Part shown: in pieces, positions 37,993-48,180 of the stretch | Position numbering within the stretch: position 1 is the first letter of the stretch | Layout: every line of letters begins with the position of its first letter | NCBI GenBank assembly: GCA_963665295.1 | Contig: OY762209.1 | Span: 320,001-384,000, forward strand | Source of the DNA: Syntrophorhabdaceae bacterium | GTDB taxonomy: Bacteria > Desulfobacterota > Syntrophorhabdia > Syntrophorhabdales > Syntrophorhabdaceae | Direction: 5' to 3' | DNA length: 64,000 bases | Program-made: the position numbers and the translations under genes | Notes under the pieces: generated by a model | Seen by the model: the letters and a program-made list of their open reading frames with translations, nothing else | The model's database searches: none | What the model was told of the DNA's origin: nothing

Positions 37993-38673
37993 ATGAGCAC
38001 ATTAATCGCCGTCGTTGATGACGAACCGGACATCGTAGAACTTGTGACGCTCAATCTCGAAAGGGCGGGGTTCAGGGTCCGGAGCTTTCCGGAGGCAGAC
38101 CCCTTCCTGCGTTTCCTCAACTCCGAGATACCGGCCCTCATCATACTCGACCTCATGCTTCCGGATACGAATGGTTTGGAGATATGCAAGCACCTCAAGG
38201 CCCATGACGCTTACGCCCCTATACCTATCATCATGCTCACCGCCCGGACCGAGGAGACCGAAAAGGTGCTCGGCCTCGAACTGGGGGCCGATGATTATGT
38301 GACCAAGCCTTTCTCTCCGAGAGAGCTGACGGCAAGGGTCAAAGCGGTCCTGCGCCGGCCGGAGCAGCGCCGGGAGACGAAGAAGATCTTCGTGGACGAC
38401 ACGCTGGTCATCGACCTCGAAAGGTACGAGGTGAGCGTGGAGAACAGGAAGGTTGACCTCACGCCCACCGAATTCAGGATCCTCCAGCTTCTCAGCTCAA
38501 AAAGGGGCCGGGTGCAATCACGGGACCAGATCCTCAATTTCCTCTGGGGTCAGGACAAGACCGTCATCGACAGGACTATAGATGTTCATATCCGCCATTT
38601 GAGGGATAAGCTGGGTGGAGCCTCCGCGCTCATCAAGAACGTGCGCGGCATGGGCTACAAGATCGAAGGATGA
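37993..38673 (+). CDS. phoB: PhoB/PhoP-like OmpR family response regulator
   Basis: VVDDE, LDLMLP, GADDYVTKPFS, LTPTEF, RTIDVHIRHLRDKL; next to phoR and pst. Confidence 0.9.
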   Translation: MSTLIAVVDDEPDIVELVTLNLERAGFRVRSFPEADPFLRFLNSEIPALIILDLMLPDTNGLEICKHLKAHDAYAPIPIIMLTARTEETEKVLGLELGADDYVTKPFSPRELTARVKAVLRRPEQRRETKKIFVDDTLVIDLERYEVSVENRKVDLTPTEFRILQLLSSKRGRVQSRDQILNFLWGQDKTVIDRTIDVHIRHLRDKLGGASALIKNVRGMGYKIEG

Positions 38674-40415
38674 AAAGGTCCATTTTTGTCAAGATATTCA
38701 CCGGGTACATTACTGTGGCCCTTCTCCTGTCGGGACTTATCCTTGCCTCTTCTTTCCCCGCGGTCCGCGAGTTTTACGTTGACAGCACGGCAAGAGACCT
38801 CAAGAACCTCGGGATAGCCTTCGGGGCGAGCGCATCACCCCTCGTCGCCGGTGGAAACGTTTCCGAACTTGACGCGCTCGCGAAGAGGATCGGGAAAGAG
38901 ATAAATACACGGATTACCGTCATCGCCCCCGATGGCCGGGTCTTGGCCGACTCCGAGGCCGACCCCCGGACCATGGAGAACCACCGGACGCGGACCGAGG
39001 TCCTTCAGGCGCTGGAAGGCGGGGCAGGCAAGTTCGTGAGACTGAGCGACACCCTCAAGGAAGAAATGCTCTATGTCGCCTTGCCCCTGAGGCACGGGGA
39101 AAGGACGATCGGGGTAGTGAGGTTCAGCCTCTTCCTCAAGGAAATAAACCAGACCATGAACCAGTTCAGGATAAAGATCCTCGCCGTTACCTTCATAATC
39201 CTCTGCCTGTCCCTTTTCGTGGCAATGCTCTTTTCGAGAAGTCTGTCGAGGCCCATCAGGGAATTGAGCGCCGCGTCGAAGAAGGTTGCGGCCCAGGACT
39301 TCAACGTGAGGGTCTTCTTAAGAAATCAGGACGAACTCAAGGATCTTGCCGACAATTTCAATGCCATGATCGCGCAGATACGGAGCCTCTTTGCCGAGTT
39401 GACCCGTCAGAAGGGGGAACTTGCCGGCATTATCTCGTCTTTACAGGAGGGTCTCCTCGTGCTCGACCGGAATGACGTGGTACTGCTCTCGAACGAAAGC
39501 TTCAGGCGGATTGTCCCGGCGTCTGCCACGGAAGGAAGATTTTACTGGGAAATATTCAGGGAGCCCCGGTTCGACGAACTGGTCGGGAAGGTGCGCGGCG
39601 CGAGACAGAACCATATGGAGGAGATCGAGTTCAGCGGAAGGATATTCCTTTGCAGCGCGACCTTCCTCGAATCGGAGGGTGGAATCGCGACGGTCTTTCA
39701 CGACATCACCCAGATCAAGAACCTTGAGATGATCAAGACCGATTTCGTGCTCAACGTGTCCCATGAACTCCGGACGCCGCTCACCGCGATCAAGGGGTTT
39801 GCCGAAACCCTTCAGGAGGTCTCGAAAGATGAGGATATAAGGCACTACGTGAGCATAATCAGGAGGAACACGGACAGGCTCATTAACATCATCAACGACC
39901 TCCTCACCATTTCCCGCCTCGAGGCGAAAGAGGTCGAACCTCAGTTCGCCCCGGTCAGCCTGAAGGACCTCGTCGAAGACGTGGTGAAGATATTCGATTC
40001 AAGGCTGCGTGAAAAGAACCTTTACCTGAGGCAGGCCGTTGATGACGACCTCCCCGTGATCGAGGCCGACCCCTTCAGGCTCGAACAGATGTTCATCAAC
40101 CTTGTCGATAACGCTGTAAAATATTCGGAGAGCGGCGGTATCGATATCACTCTGAAAAGAAGCGGGCGCGCCGTGGCGATTACCGTCAAGGATACGGGCA
40201 TAGGCATATCGAAGGAACATCTGGCCCGCATATTCGAGCGTTTTTATGTGGTCGACAAGTCCCGTTCCAGGAAGATGGGCGGCACGGGTCTGGGCCTGTC
40301 CATCGTAAAGCACGTGGTGATGCTCCATAAGGGCACTATTGAAGTGAACAGCTCCGTAGGGACGGGCACCACCTTTACGATCATCCTGCCGGAGAAACCC
40401 GGAAGGCCCCTGTAG
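38670..40415 (+). CDS. phoR: PhoR-like sensor histidine kinase
   Basis: ENHRTRTEV periplasmic motif, HAMP, PAS, DFVLNVSHELRTPLTAIKG, RIFERFY.VDKSRSR..GGTGLGLSIVKH. Confidence 0.92.
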   Translation: MKRSIFVKIFTGYITVALLLSGLILASSFPAVREFYVDSTARDLKNLGIAFGASASPLVAGGNVSELDALAKRIGKEINTRITVIAPDGRVLADSEADPRTMENHRTRTEVLQALEGGAGKFVRLSDTLKEEMLYVALPLRHGERTIGVVRFSLFLKEINQTMNQFRIKILAVTFIILCLSLFVAMLFSRSLSRPIRELSAASKKVAAQDFNVRVFLRNQDELKDLADNFNAMIAQIRSLFAELTRQKGELAGIISSLQEGLLVLDRNDVVLLSNESFRRIVPASATEGRFYWEIFREPRFDELVGKVRGARQNHMEEIEFSGRIFLCSATFLESEGGIATVFHDITQIKNLEMIKTDFVLNVSHELRTPLTAIKGFAETLQEVSKDEDIRHYVSIIRRNTDRLINIINDLLTISRLEAKEVEPQFAPVSLKDLVEDVVKIFDSRLREKNLYLRQAVDDDLPVIEADPFRLEQMFINLVDNAVKYSESGGIDITLKRSGRAVAITVKDTGIGISKEHLARIFERFYVVDKSRSRKMGGTGLGLSIVKHVVMLHKGTIEVNSSVGTGTTFTIILPEKPGRPL

Positions 40416-40461
40416 ACCCTTTTGCGCCGGACCGCTTCAATGCTCCTGCGAACAAAGACCC

Positions 40462-40515
40462 TTAACACAAAATTAACACTTCGTTAATACTGCACTAACA
40501 CACCTTTTGTATAGT
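40462..40515 (+). promoter_or_regulatory. Pho box array and -10 of pstS promoter
   Basis: TTAACA-N5-TTAACA-N5-TTAATA-N5-CTAACA (40462, 40473, 40484, 40495), then TATAGT at 40510; weaker second set near 40549-40576. Confidence 0.8.
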
Positions 40516-40620
40516 ATAGCCGGTTAGGACAGGGAGGCGCACCGGTTAATTAAGGGTTTCTAATGCCGGCTTAACATGGCCTGCATACATTATGATCAAT
40601 TCAACGTGGAGGTATATCTC

Positions 40621-41670
40621 ATGAAAAACGTCGTTAAGCTGGTTCTACTGGTGGCAATCGTAAGCCTTGTATTCGCGAACGCGTCATGGTCCAGGGAACA
40701 GGAGCTTCTCGGGGCAGGCGCGACCTTCCCCCAGCCCCTCTATTCGAAACTCTTCGACTCTTACAACCAGCAGTACGGGGTGAAGGTCAATTACCAGGGG
40801 ATAGGCTCGGGCGGGGGCATCAACCAGCTCATAAAACGGACCGTGGACTTCGGCGGGACTGATGCGTTCATGACCCAAAAGGAGCTGAAGGAGGCCGGCT
40901 CCCCGGTGCTCCACATTCCCACATGCCTCGGGGCGGTGGTAGTCACCTATAACCTTCCGGGAAACCCGAAACTCAAGTTCACCCCCGACCTCATCGCCGA
41001 CATCTTCCTCGGCAAGATAAGCAAGTGGAACGATCCGAAGATCGCCGCCCTTAATCCTGACACGAAGCTGCCCGATCAGGCGATAAGCGTGGTCCACCGG
41101 GCCGATGGAAGCGGAACCACCTATATCTTCAGCGAGTATCTCACCAAAGTGAACAAGGACTGGAAAGAAAAGGTCGGCGCGGGAAAGTCTCTCAACTGGC
41201 CCGCGGGACAGATCGGTCAGAAAGGGAACCCCGGGGTTGCGGGATATGTAAAACAGACGCCAGGCGGGATCGGATATGTGGAGTTGATCTACGCCCTTCA
41301 GAACAAGATGGTTTATGGGGTCATAAAGAACAAATCGGGCAAATTCATCGAGCCTACCATCAAGGCGGTGAGCGCCTCCGCGAACGTGAGGCTGCCCGAC
41401 GACACGAACGCATCCCTCACGGACACCGACGCCCCCGATGGATACCCCATAAGCAGCTTCACGTGGCTCATATTCTATAAGGAACAGAACTATGGCGGCA
41501 AATCGAAAGAGAAGGCCGAGGCCCTCGCCAAAATGATGCGTTGGGTGGTCACCGACGGCCAGAAGCTTGTGGAGCCCCTTCAGTATTCACCTCTGCCCAA
41601 AGAGGCGGTGTCGAAGTCACTGAAGATTATTCAGTCCATTACCTTTAACGGCGCCCCGCTCGTCAAGTAG
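40621..41670 (+). CDS. pstS: Phosphate ABC transporter substrate-binding protein
   Basis: GAGATFP, GSGGG, DFGGTD, HRADGSGTT, YPISSFTW; SD GGAGG. Confidence 0.96.
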   Translation: MKNVVKLVLLVAIVSLVFANASWSREQELLGAGATFPQPLYSKLFDSYNQQYGVKVNYQGIGSGGGINQLIKRTVDFGGTDAFMTQKELKEAGSPVLHIPTCLGAVVVTYNLPGNPKLKFTPDLIADIFLGKISKWNDPKIAALNPDTKLPDQAISVVHRADGSGTTYIFSEYLTKVNKDWKEKVGAGKSLNWPAGQIGQKGNPGVAGYVKQTPGGIGYVELIYALQNKMVYGVIKNKSGKFIEPTIKAVSASANVRLPDDTNASLTDTDAPDGYPISSFTWLIFYKEQNYGGKSKEKAEALAKMMRWVVTDGQKLVEPLQYSPLPKEAVSKSLKIIQSITFNGAPLVK

Positions 41671-41842
41671 CGCCGCAAGGGCGGGCATCTCACCCGCGAG
41701 CAGGTCCGGACGCCCGGGGAGGGTCCCCGGGTCCGGGCTGTGATAAAGGTGTTGATCCGGCGCGTATGCCGTAATGGGAAGAGGGCCGGCTTCCACGAGA
41801 CTCGAAAGGGATTGCCATGAATGGGAAAGGAGTTTTACACGG

Positions 41843-42763
41843 ATGAAGGATGGTTGCGAAGTCACAAGACCCGCCTATGTGGATAAATCGGAGAGAAGGT
41901 TCAATGCAGTGCTTGTGATCTCGGCCCTCTTCATGGTCGTGCTCCTTCTCGCCGTCTTCTTCACCCTCCTCGTATCATCCATACCCGCCATCAAGGCCTT
42001 CGGTGCAGCCTTCCTCTATGGTAAAGCATGGAACCCCGCAACCGACACCTTCGGCGCCCTCCCTTTCCTCGCAGGAACGCTGCTCACTTCGTTCCTCGCC
42101 CTCATCCTGTCCATACCCTTTTCCATAGGCATCTCCATATTTCTCGGCGAGTATCTCAAGACAGGGCCCGTCTCGACCTGCTTAAGGAGCGCCATCGAGG
42201 TCCTTGCGGGTATACCCTCCGTCATATATGGTCTCTGGGGACTATTCCTCCTCATGCCCCTGGTCCGCTCCCTTGAAAAGTTTGTTGGTGCGGATCCCCA
42301 TGGCGTGGGGATTTTCACGTCCGCCATTATTCTCGCCATCATGGTCATCCCCTTTTCCGCCTCCATCGGGAGAGAAGTGATCACCCTCGTCCCCGCCGAC
42401 CTGAAAGAGGCGGCCTATTCCCTGGGAGCCACGAGGTTCGAGGTCATAAAGAACGTGATCGTCCCCTATGCCCGCTCGGGCATTATCGCGGGCATCCTTC
42501 TTGCCCTCGGGAGGGCCATCGGGGAAACCATGGCGGTTACCATGCTCATCGGAAACAGCAACTTTCTTCCCACAAGCCTTTTCAGTCCCGCAAATACCAT
42601 GGCCAGCGTGATTGCCAACGAGTTTGCCGAAGCGACGGGCACCATGCTTTCCTCACTCGTATATGTGGGGCTCGTGCTTTTCCTGGTCACCACCCTGGTC
42701 AATATGGTGGGCAACTACGTGATCAAGAAGATCAGCGTGGAGTCGTCGAGGGAGGCGGGATGA
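41843..42763 (+). CDS. pstC: Phosphate ABC transporter permease
   Basis: LAGIPSVIYGLWG, EAAYSLGATRFE, GRAIGETMAVTM, IANEF.EA. Confidence 0.95.
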   Translation: MKDGCEVTRPAYVDKSERRFNAVLVISALFMVVLLLAVFFTLLVSSIPAIKAFGAAFLYGKAWNPATDTFGALPFLAGTLLTSFLALILSIPFSIGISIFLGEYLKTGPVSTCLRSAIEVLAGIPSVIYGLWGLFLLMPLVRSLEKFVGADPHGVGIFTSAIILAIMVIPFSASIGREVITLVPADLKEAAYSLGATRFEVIKNVIVPYARSGIIAGILLALGRAIGETMAVTMLIGNSNFLPTSLFSPANTMASVIANEFAEATGTMLSSLVYVGLVLFLVTTLVNMVGNYVIKKISVESSREAG

Positions 42764-43608
42764 TGGAAGACCACGCAAAGACACGGATACTGAAGGACAA
42801 GATGTTCCGGATCACCGTGATGTTTCTCGCGGTCGTCTCCATGCTGCCCCTTTTCCTCATCCTCTACTACATAACCAGGAACGGCATCGCGGTCATAAAC
42901 TGGGGGTTTCTCGCCACCCTGCCCCGTCCCATCGGCGAACCGGGCGGGGGCATATACAACGCCATTATCGGCACCATATACCTGATCGTCCTCTCGAGCA
43001 TCTTCTCCATCCCCATAGGCATTACGGCAGGCATCTACCTCTCGGAGCGAAAGGAAGGAAAGCTCGCGGAACTGGTGCGGCTTTGCGTGGTGGTGCTCCA
43101 GGGAACGCCCTCCATTGTGATCGGCATCGTCGCCTACTCATGGATAGTGGCCCCGATCCAGACCTTTTCGGCCCTTTCGGGGGGTATTGCCCTCAGCATC
43201 ATGATGCTGCCCGTTATTATAAAAACGACGGAAGAAACCTTGAAGCTGGTGCCCTACCACCTGAAAGAGGCGTCCCTCGCCCTGGGCGTGCCCTATCACA
43301 GGACGATACTCAAGGTCATACTTCCTTCGGGGCTCACCAGCATACTGACGGGCATATTGCTGAGCGTCGCCCGCATTACCGGTGAAACCGCCCCGCTTCT
43401 CTTCACGGCCTTCGGCAACCAGTTCATGAACTACAACATACTGAAACCGATAGACTCCCTGCCTTACCGCATATTCTATTACGCCATGAGCCCCTACCCG
43501 GAATGGCACGCCTTCGCCTGGGGAGCATCGTTCATTCTAGTCGTACTGGTCCTGGGGTTAAATATGCTTGCAAGGGGGTTGGCAGTTAAATGGAAAGTAC
43601 AATTCTGA
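42760..43608 (+). CDS. pstA: Phosphate ABC transporter permease
   Basis: [34 protein letters not shown]. Confidence 0.95.
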   Translation: MMEDHAKTRILKDKMFRITVMFLAVVSMLPLFLILYYITRNGIAVINWGFLATLPRPIGEPGGGIYNAIIGTIYLIVLSSIFSIPIGITAGIYLSERKEGKLAELVRLCVVVLQGTPSIVIGIVAYSWIVAPIQTFSALSGGIALSIMMLPVIIKTTEETLKLVPYHLKEASLALGVPYHRTILKVILPSGLTSILTGILLSVARITGETAPLLFTAFGNQFMNYNILKPIDSLPYRIFYYAMSPYPEWHAFAWGASFILVVLVLGLNMLARGLAVKWKVQF

Positions 43609-44348
43609 GAGTTGAGAATTTCTGCGCCTTTTTCGGCGATAACAAGATTCTCAAAGATGTAAGTCTCGCCACCACGAACAATGTGGTGACGGCTTTAATG
43701 GGACCTTCCGGCTGCGGCAAGACCACCTTGATAAGGTGCGTCAACCGGATGCACGAACTGATCCCCGGAGCGAAGGTAAGCGGCCGGATTCACCTTAAAG
43801 ACCGCGACGTTTACGCCATGGAGCCCATCGTACTGAGAAGGCAGATAGGGATGGTGTTCCAGAAGCCGAACCCCTTTCCCACCATGAGCATATACGATAA
43901 CGTCATCGCAGGTTACAAGCTCAACGGCATAAAGATGCCCCGGAGCGACTTCGACGGCATCGTGGAGCAGTCGCTGAAGGACGCGGCCCTGTGGGGAGAG
44001 GTGAAAGATGCTCTCCACAGGAAGGGAACCTTCCTCTCGGGAGGTCAGCAACAGCGACTCTGCATAGCGCGGGCCCTTGCCATGAAGCCCGAGATCCTGC
44101 TTCTCGACGAACCCACCTCCGCCCTGGACCCCAAGTCCACCACCCATATCGAGGAGCTTATCGTCGAGCTTAAGAAGAACGTCACCATGCTTCTGGTCAC
44201 TCATAATATTGCGCAGGCTGCGAGGGTATCCGACTATACGGCTTTCCTCTATCTGGGCGAGTTGATTGAGTTCGGTCCAACGGACAAAATGTTCACAGTG
44301 CCCAAGGACAAAAGGACCGAGGAATATTTAACGGGAAAATTCGGATAG
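43590..44348 (+). CDS. pstB: Phosphate ABC transporter ATPase
   Basis: [52 protein letters not shown]. Confidence 0.96.
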   Translation: MESTILRVENFCAFFGDNKILKDVSLATTNNVVTALMGPSGCGKTTLIRCVNRMHELIPGAKVSGRIHLKDRDVYAMEPIVLRRQIGMVFQKPNPFPTMSIYDNVIAGYKLNGIKMPRSDFDGIVEQSLKDAALWGEVKDALHRKGTFLSGGQQQRLCIARALAMKPEILLLDEPTSALDPKSTTHIEELIVELKKNVTMLLVTHNIAQAARVSDYTAFLYLGELIEFGPTDKMFTVPKDKRTEEYLTGKFG

Positions 44349-44356
44349 GAGAAAGC

Positions 44357-45010
44357 ATGCTCGAAGACAGGATCAATGAGTTAAGAAGACAACTTATCGA
44401 ATACGGCGCCCTCGTCGAAAAGATGATCGAGAAGAGCGTTGCCGGCCTTTTGGGGAAGGATGCTGCCGTTCTCTCGGATGTGATCGAGAACGACGAGCCC
44501 AGGGCCAACGACTTTGAAATACGCCTGGACGAGCGGTGCATCGCCATGATCGCCCAGTATCAGCCCAAGGCCAGGGACTTGAGGACCATACTCATGGTGC
44601 TCAAGATGAATAACGACCTCGAAAGGATGGGGGACCACGCGGTCAATATATGCAAAAGCGGCCTGTTTCTCATTGCCCGCCCGCAGGTAAAGCCGCTCAT
44701 CGACATTCCGAGGATGGCCGAAAACGCCATGGCCATGGTCAGGGACAGCATCAGTTCCTTCGTCACCGGCGACGCCGCGCAGGCGAGATCGGTGTGTGAA
44801 AGGGACAACACAGTGGATGCCCTCATGGAGCAGGTTTTCAGAGAGCTGGTCACCCACATGATCGCCGAGCCGAAAACCATAGAGCGGGCCATGCGCCTGA
44901 TCACCATTGCGCGGAACCTGGAGAGAATCGCGGACCTGTCCACAAACATCTGCGAGGACGTGATTTTCATGGTGGAAGGCAAGGTAATCAAACATCGTCT
45001 CAACATATAG
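44357..45010 (+). CDS. phoU: Phosphate signalling protein PhoU
   Basis: QPKARDLR, DLERMGDHAVNI, LERIADLSTNICEDVIFMVEG. Confidence 0.96.
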   Translation: MLEDRINELRRQLIEYGALVEKMIEKSVAGLLGKDAAVLSDVIENDEPRANDFEIRLDERCIAMIAQYQPKARDLRTILMVLKMNNDLERMGDHAVNICKSGLFLIARPQVKPLIDIPRMAENAMAMVRDSISSFVTGDAAQARSVCERDNTVDALMEQVFRELVTHMIAEPKTIERAMRLITIARNLERIADLSTNICEDVIFMVEGKVIKHRLNI

Positions 45011-45068
45011 ACCGGCACGCCTCAAAAGACCCCGGGCGTGTCCGGATTCTCTTATTGAGAGACAAGAC

Positions 45069-45116
45069 AGTCTTGCACAACAAGACACATTTGTCTTGTT
45101 GTGCAAGACAAATGTG
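45069..45116. promoter_or_regulatory. Tandem palindromic sites (candidate enhancer-binding-protein UAS)
   Basis: Two (A/T)GTCTTG-N5-CAAGACA sites (45069-45087, 45092-45110) that together form a perfect 18-bp-arm inverted repeat. Confidence 0.55.
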
Positions 45117-45217
45117 GGGTCATTCCCCTGTAACCGAATATCCTCATTTTGTGACCATGACGCGTAACATTTTGAATTAACAGCTACTTCCCACCTCCGT
45201 ACATATGTTCCCGGTCA

Positions 45218-45233
45218 TGGCACAAATCTTGTA
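45218..45233 (+). promoter_or_regulatory. Sigma54-type -24/-12 promoter upstream of rpoH-like gene
   Basis: TGGCAC-AAATC-TTGTA (consensus TGGCAC-N5-TTGCW, one mismatch). Confidence 0.55.
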
Positions 45234-45378
45234 ATACAAGTCACGGTGAGATCACAAACACATATATTCACATGGTCGGATTTGAACACAAGGATACGCA
45301 ATAGAGATATCTGCCCGCGCCTGTTCGAAAGACAAGCCGGAACCATACAATTTATAATGAGAGAGGAGGAAGACTGAA

Positions 45379-46275
45379 ATGACAGACATGAGAAATGTGA
45401 ACGAAGGCGAAGCCGTGATTGACCTGGACAAGAGTCTCCCTATGGCTTACGACCCCTTGAAGTCATACCTCAAAGAGGTATCAATGCACAAAGTGCTCAC
45501 CAGGGAAGAGGAGTTCGAGACTACACGTCTCGTTTACGAGCAGAACGACCGGGACGCGGCCCAGAAGCTCGTGGTCTCCAACCTGAAGCTCGTGGTCAAG
45601 ATATCCCTTGAATACTATAACGCCTACCTCAACATCCTGGACGTAATCCAGGAGGGCAACGTGGGCCTGCTCCACGCGGTAAAGAAATACAATCCCTATA
45701 AGGGCACCAAGTTCTCGACTTACGCCTCGTTCTGGATAAGGGCATATATCCTCAAACATATCATGGACTCGTGGAGTCTGGTAAAGGTGGGGACTACCCA
45801 GGGCCAGAGGAAACTCTTCTACGGCCTCAACAGGGAAAGGCGGAAACTCGAATCCCTCGGCATCTATCCTTCTCCCAAGCTTCTTTCGAGCAGCCTCGGA
45901 GTGAAAGAGACGGAGGTCGAGGAGATGACCCAGAGACTCAGCCGCACGGACCTGTCCCTGGATACGCCCCTTAACGACGAGAGCAGCGACACCGTGCTGG
46001 ATACCATTGCCAATGAAGACAACGTGGAAGAGATCGTGAGCAGGAGCCAGGAATCGGAGGTAATCTCCCGGAAGATCCTGGAGTTCCGAAAGGGACTCAA
46101 TGACAAGGAGGCTTTCATATTCGACCGGCGCGTCCTTGCAGAGGAGCCGGAAACACTCCAGGAGATCGGGGGCCGGTTCAATATCTCCAGGGAGCGGGTA
46201 AGACAACTCGAAGTCAGGGTTATGAAACGCCTCAAGAGAAGCTTCGAGGAAGACAGGGTCGCCCTGGGCATGTAG
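45379..46275 (+). CDS. rpoH: RNA polymerase sigma-32 (RpoH-like) factor
   Basis: SNLKLVVKI, IQEGNVGL, FSTYASFWIRAYI, RpoH-box-like VKVGTTQGQRKLFY, TLQEIG.RFNISRERVRQLE. Confidence 0.85.
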   Translation: MTDMRNVNEGEAVIDLDKSLPMAYDPLKSYLKEVSMHKVLTREEEFETTRLVYEQNDRDAAQKLVVSNLKLVVKISLEYYNAYLNILDVIQEGNVGLLHAVKKYNPYKGTKFSTYASFWIRAYILKHIMDSWSLVKVGTTQGQRKLFYGLNRERRKLESLGIYPSPKLLSSSLGVKETEVEEMTQRLSRTDLSLDTPLNDESSDTVLDTIANEDNVEEIVSRSQESEVISRKILEFRKGLNDKEAFIFDRRVLAEEPETLQEIGGRFNISRERVRQLEVRVMKRLKRSFEEDRVALGM

Positions 46276-46364
46276 CCCGGGACCACCCGCGGACGATCAG
46301 CCGGGCCCCTCTTTCCTGCCCGTTGGCGGGAAAGAAAGGCTGGTCCGTGGTGAATTCAGGGGCC

Positions 46365-47165
46365 ATGAACAGAACCTCGCAACCTGCATACAGCCGGATG
46401 GACAACGCCTTTTATGACCGCGCAGGCGCTGAATGGTGGCGCAAAGACTCCGCCCTTTCCTTGATGAAGGCCTGCGTCAACCCTGTCAGGGTAGCCTATA
46501 TCAGAAGGAAACTGGAGGAGCGGGGCATAGACCCCGCAGGATTGGCCGCCCTCGAGGTGGGTTGCGGCGGCGGGGTGTTGAGTGAAGAGATGGGGCGCAT
46601 GGGTTTCATCCTCACGGGCGTCGATGCCTCGGTGCCTTCCCTCAGGGTCGCATTGGACCATTCCAGGGCCGGCGGGCTCAGTATCGGCTACGCCGGGGGA
46701 AAAGCCGAGTCCCTTCCCTGCCGGGACAACGCCTTCGACGCGGTCTTTTGCTGCGATGTGCTGGAACACGTAGGTGACGTGCCGCGGGTGATTTCCGAGA
46801 TCGGACGTGTTCTCAGGCCCAAAGGGCTTTTCTTCTACGACACGGTCAACCGCACCCTCTTCTCCAGGCTCGTGACCATCAAGATATCCCAGGAATGGAA
46901 ACGATGGGCTTTCATGCCCGCTGACGTCCACGTATGGGAGATGTTTGTCCGGCCTGCGGAGTTGAGACTCCTCCTCGCAGCGCATAATTTCGAGTGGAAA
47001 GAACACCGGGGCATGGAACCCGGCCTTTCCGCGCCAAGGATTCTCCGCTGTCTCCGGCAAAGAGTGAAAGGTCGCCTGTCGTACGCGGAACTGGGCGCAC
47101 GACTGTCTCTCGTGGAGAGCGCCGACATGTCGATCATTTACATGGGCTACGCGATCAGGAAATAA
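46365..47165 (+). CDS. UbiG-like class I SAM-dependent O-methyltransferase
   Basis: WW...NPVR..Y, LEVGCGGGVL, CCDVLEHV, FYDTVNRT; ubiquinone role not assumed. Confidence 0.85.
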   Translation: MNRTSQPAYSRMDNAFYDRAGAEWWRKDSALSLMKACVNPVRVAYIRRKLEERGIDPAGLAALEVGCGGGVLSEEMGRMGFILTGVDASVPSLRVALDHSRAGGLSIGYAGGKAESLPCRDNAFDAVFCCDVLEHVGDVPRVISEIGRVLRPKGLFFYDTVNRTLFSRLVTIKISQEWKRWAFMPADVHVWEMFVRPAELRLLLAAHNFEWKEHRGMEPGLSAPRILRCLRQRVKGRLSYAELGARLSLVESADMSIIYMGYAIRK

Positions 47166-47169
47166 GGGA

Positions 47170-48078
47170 TTACCGGCCCCCTTGTTTCTTCGCCGTCTCC
47201 TCGAGATAGATCGTCTCGACGAGGCTTGGCCAACGCGCGCCGCCGGGACGGTCATCGACGTTGAAAGCGGACTTTACGTCGGCAAGGGTCCTGCCCTCCG
47301 CCACCATTGCCCTGATCTTCGCCTGTTTTTCCTCTATGGTCCGTATGTGGTCCCTGATTTGCGCCTTCGTAACCGGGTCGCTGTGGCCGCTCAGGAAGAG
47401 ATCCGCGTCGAGTTCGAGGATAGACTTCAGGACCTTGACGAGGCCGGAGGAGTTCCCGGACTTATGCCGGTGGATGAGCTGGTCCCTGTCTGTAAAGATG
47501 AGGTCACCGATGAACGCGACCTTTTCACGAGAGAAAAGAATGACCGCGTCCCCGTCCGTGTGAGCGGGTCCGAAATAGAAAAATTCGATACGGTGATGCC
47601 CTGTCCCGGCAGGATAGAGATGGAGTCCCTGGGAGAAGGTGATATTGGGGAGGTACGACCGTTCCCGGGCCGATTGAAAAGCCTTGTCCATGTGGACCCG
47701 CGTATTTTCATGAGATATGATGGGTATACCCCCGGGAAACCCCACAAGGCCGTTCACGTGGTCTTGGTCGCTGTGGGTGATCGCGATAAATGAAATGGGC
47801 AGGGTGGTCAGTTTCCTGATTTCCCCGGTCATCTGCCGGGCCGATGCCTCGGTCATCTTCGCATCGATCACCACCACTTCCTTCTCGCCGATGAAGAATC
47901 CCGTATTGGCTCCCGCGCCGCCCTTTACCTGGTATACGCTCCCCCTGATGTTCTCGACAACAACGCCGGAAGGGGCCTGGACAGCAGGCTTTTCCGGGAC
48001 CTGCGACCTGGCGGTAGGAGGACAAAGAAAGGACAGTGAAACAAAAAGGACCGTGACGATAACAAAAAGGCGCTTCAT
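47170..48078 (-). CDS. Secreted metallo-beta-lactamase-fold protein
   Basis: Signal peptide; VVIDAK, THSDQDH, AHTDGD, GDL, SGH. Confidence 0.85.
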   Translation of the reverse strand: MKRLFVIVTVLFVSLSFLCPPTARSQVPEKPAVQAPSGVVVENIRGSVYQVKGGAGANTGFFIGEKEVVVIDAKMTEASARQMTGEIRKLTTLPISFIAITHSDQDHVNGLVGFPGGIPIISHENTRVHMDKAFQSARERSYLPNITFSQGLHLYPAGTGHHRIEFFYFGPAHTDGDAVILFSREKVAFIGDLIFTDRDQLIHRHKSGNSSGLVKVLKSILELDADLFLSGHSDPVTKAQIRDHIRTIEEKQAKIRAMVAEGRTLADVKSAFNVDDRPGGARWPSLVETIYLEETAKKQGGR

Positions 48079-48180
48079 AGGGATACCTCCTTACCGCATT
48101 GCCGCTTGAGGACGGTTGCCCGCCTCGATGCGCATGTTTCCGCCCTTCTCATCGCGCGGCCCCATGACCCGGACCACGGG

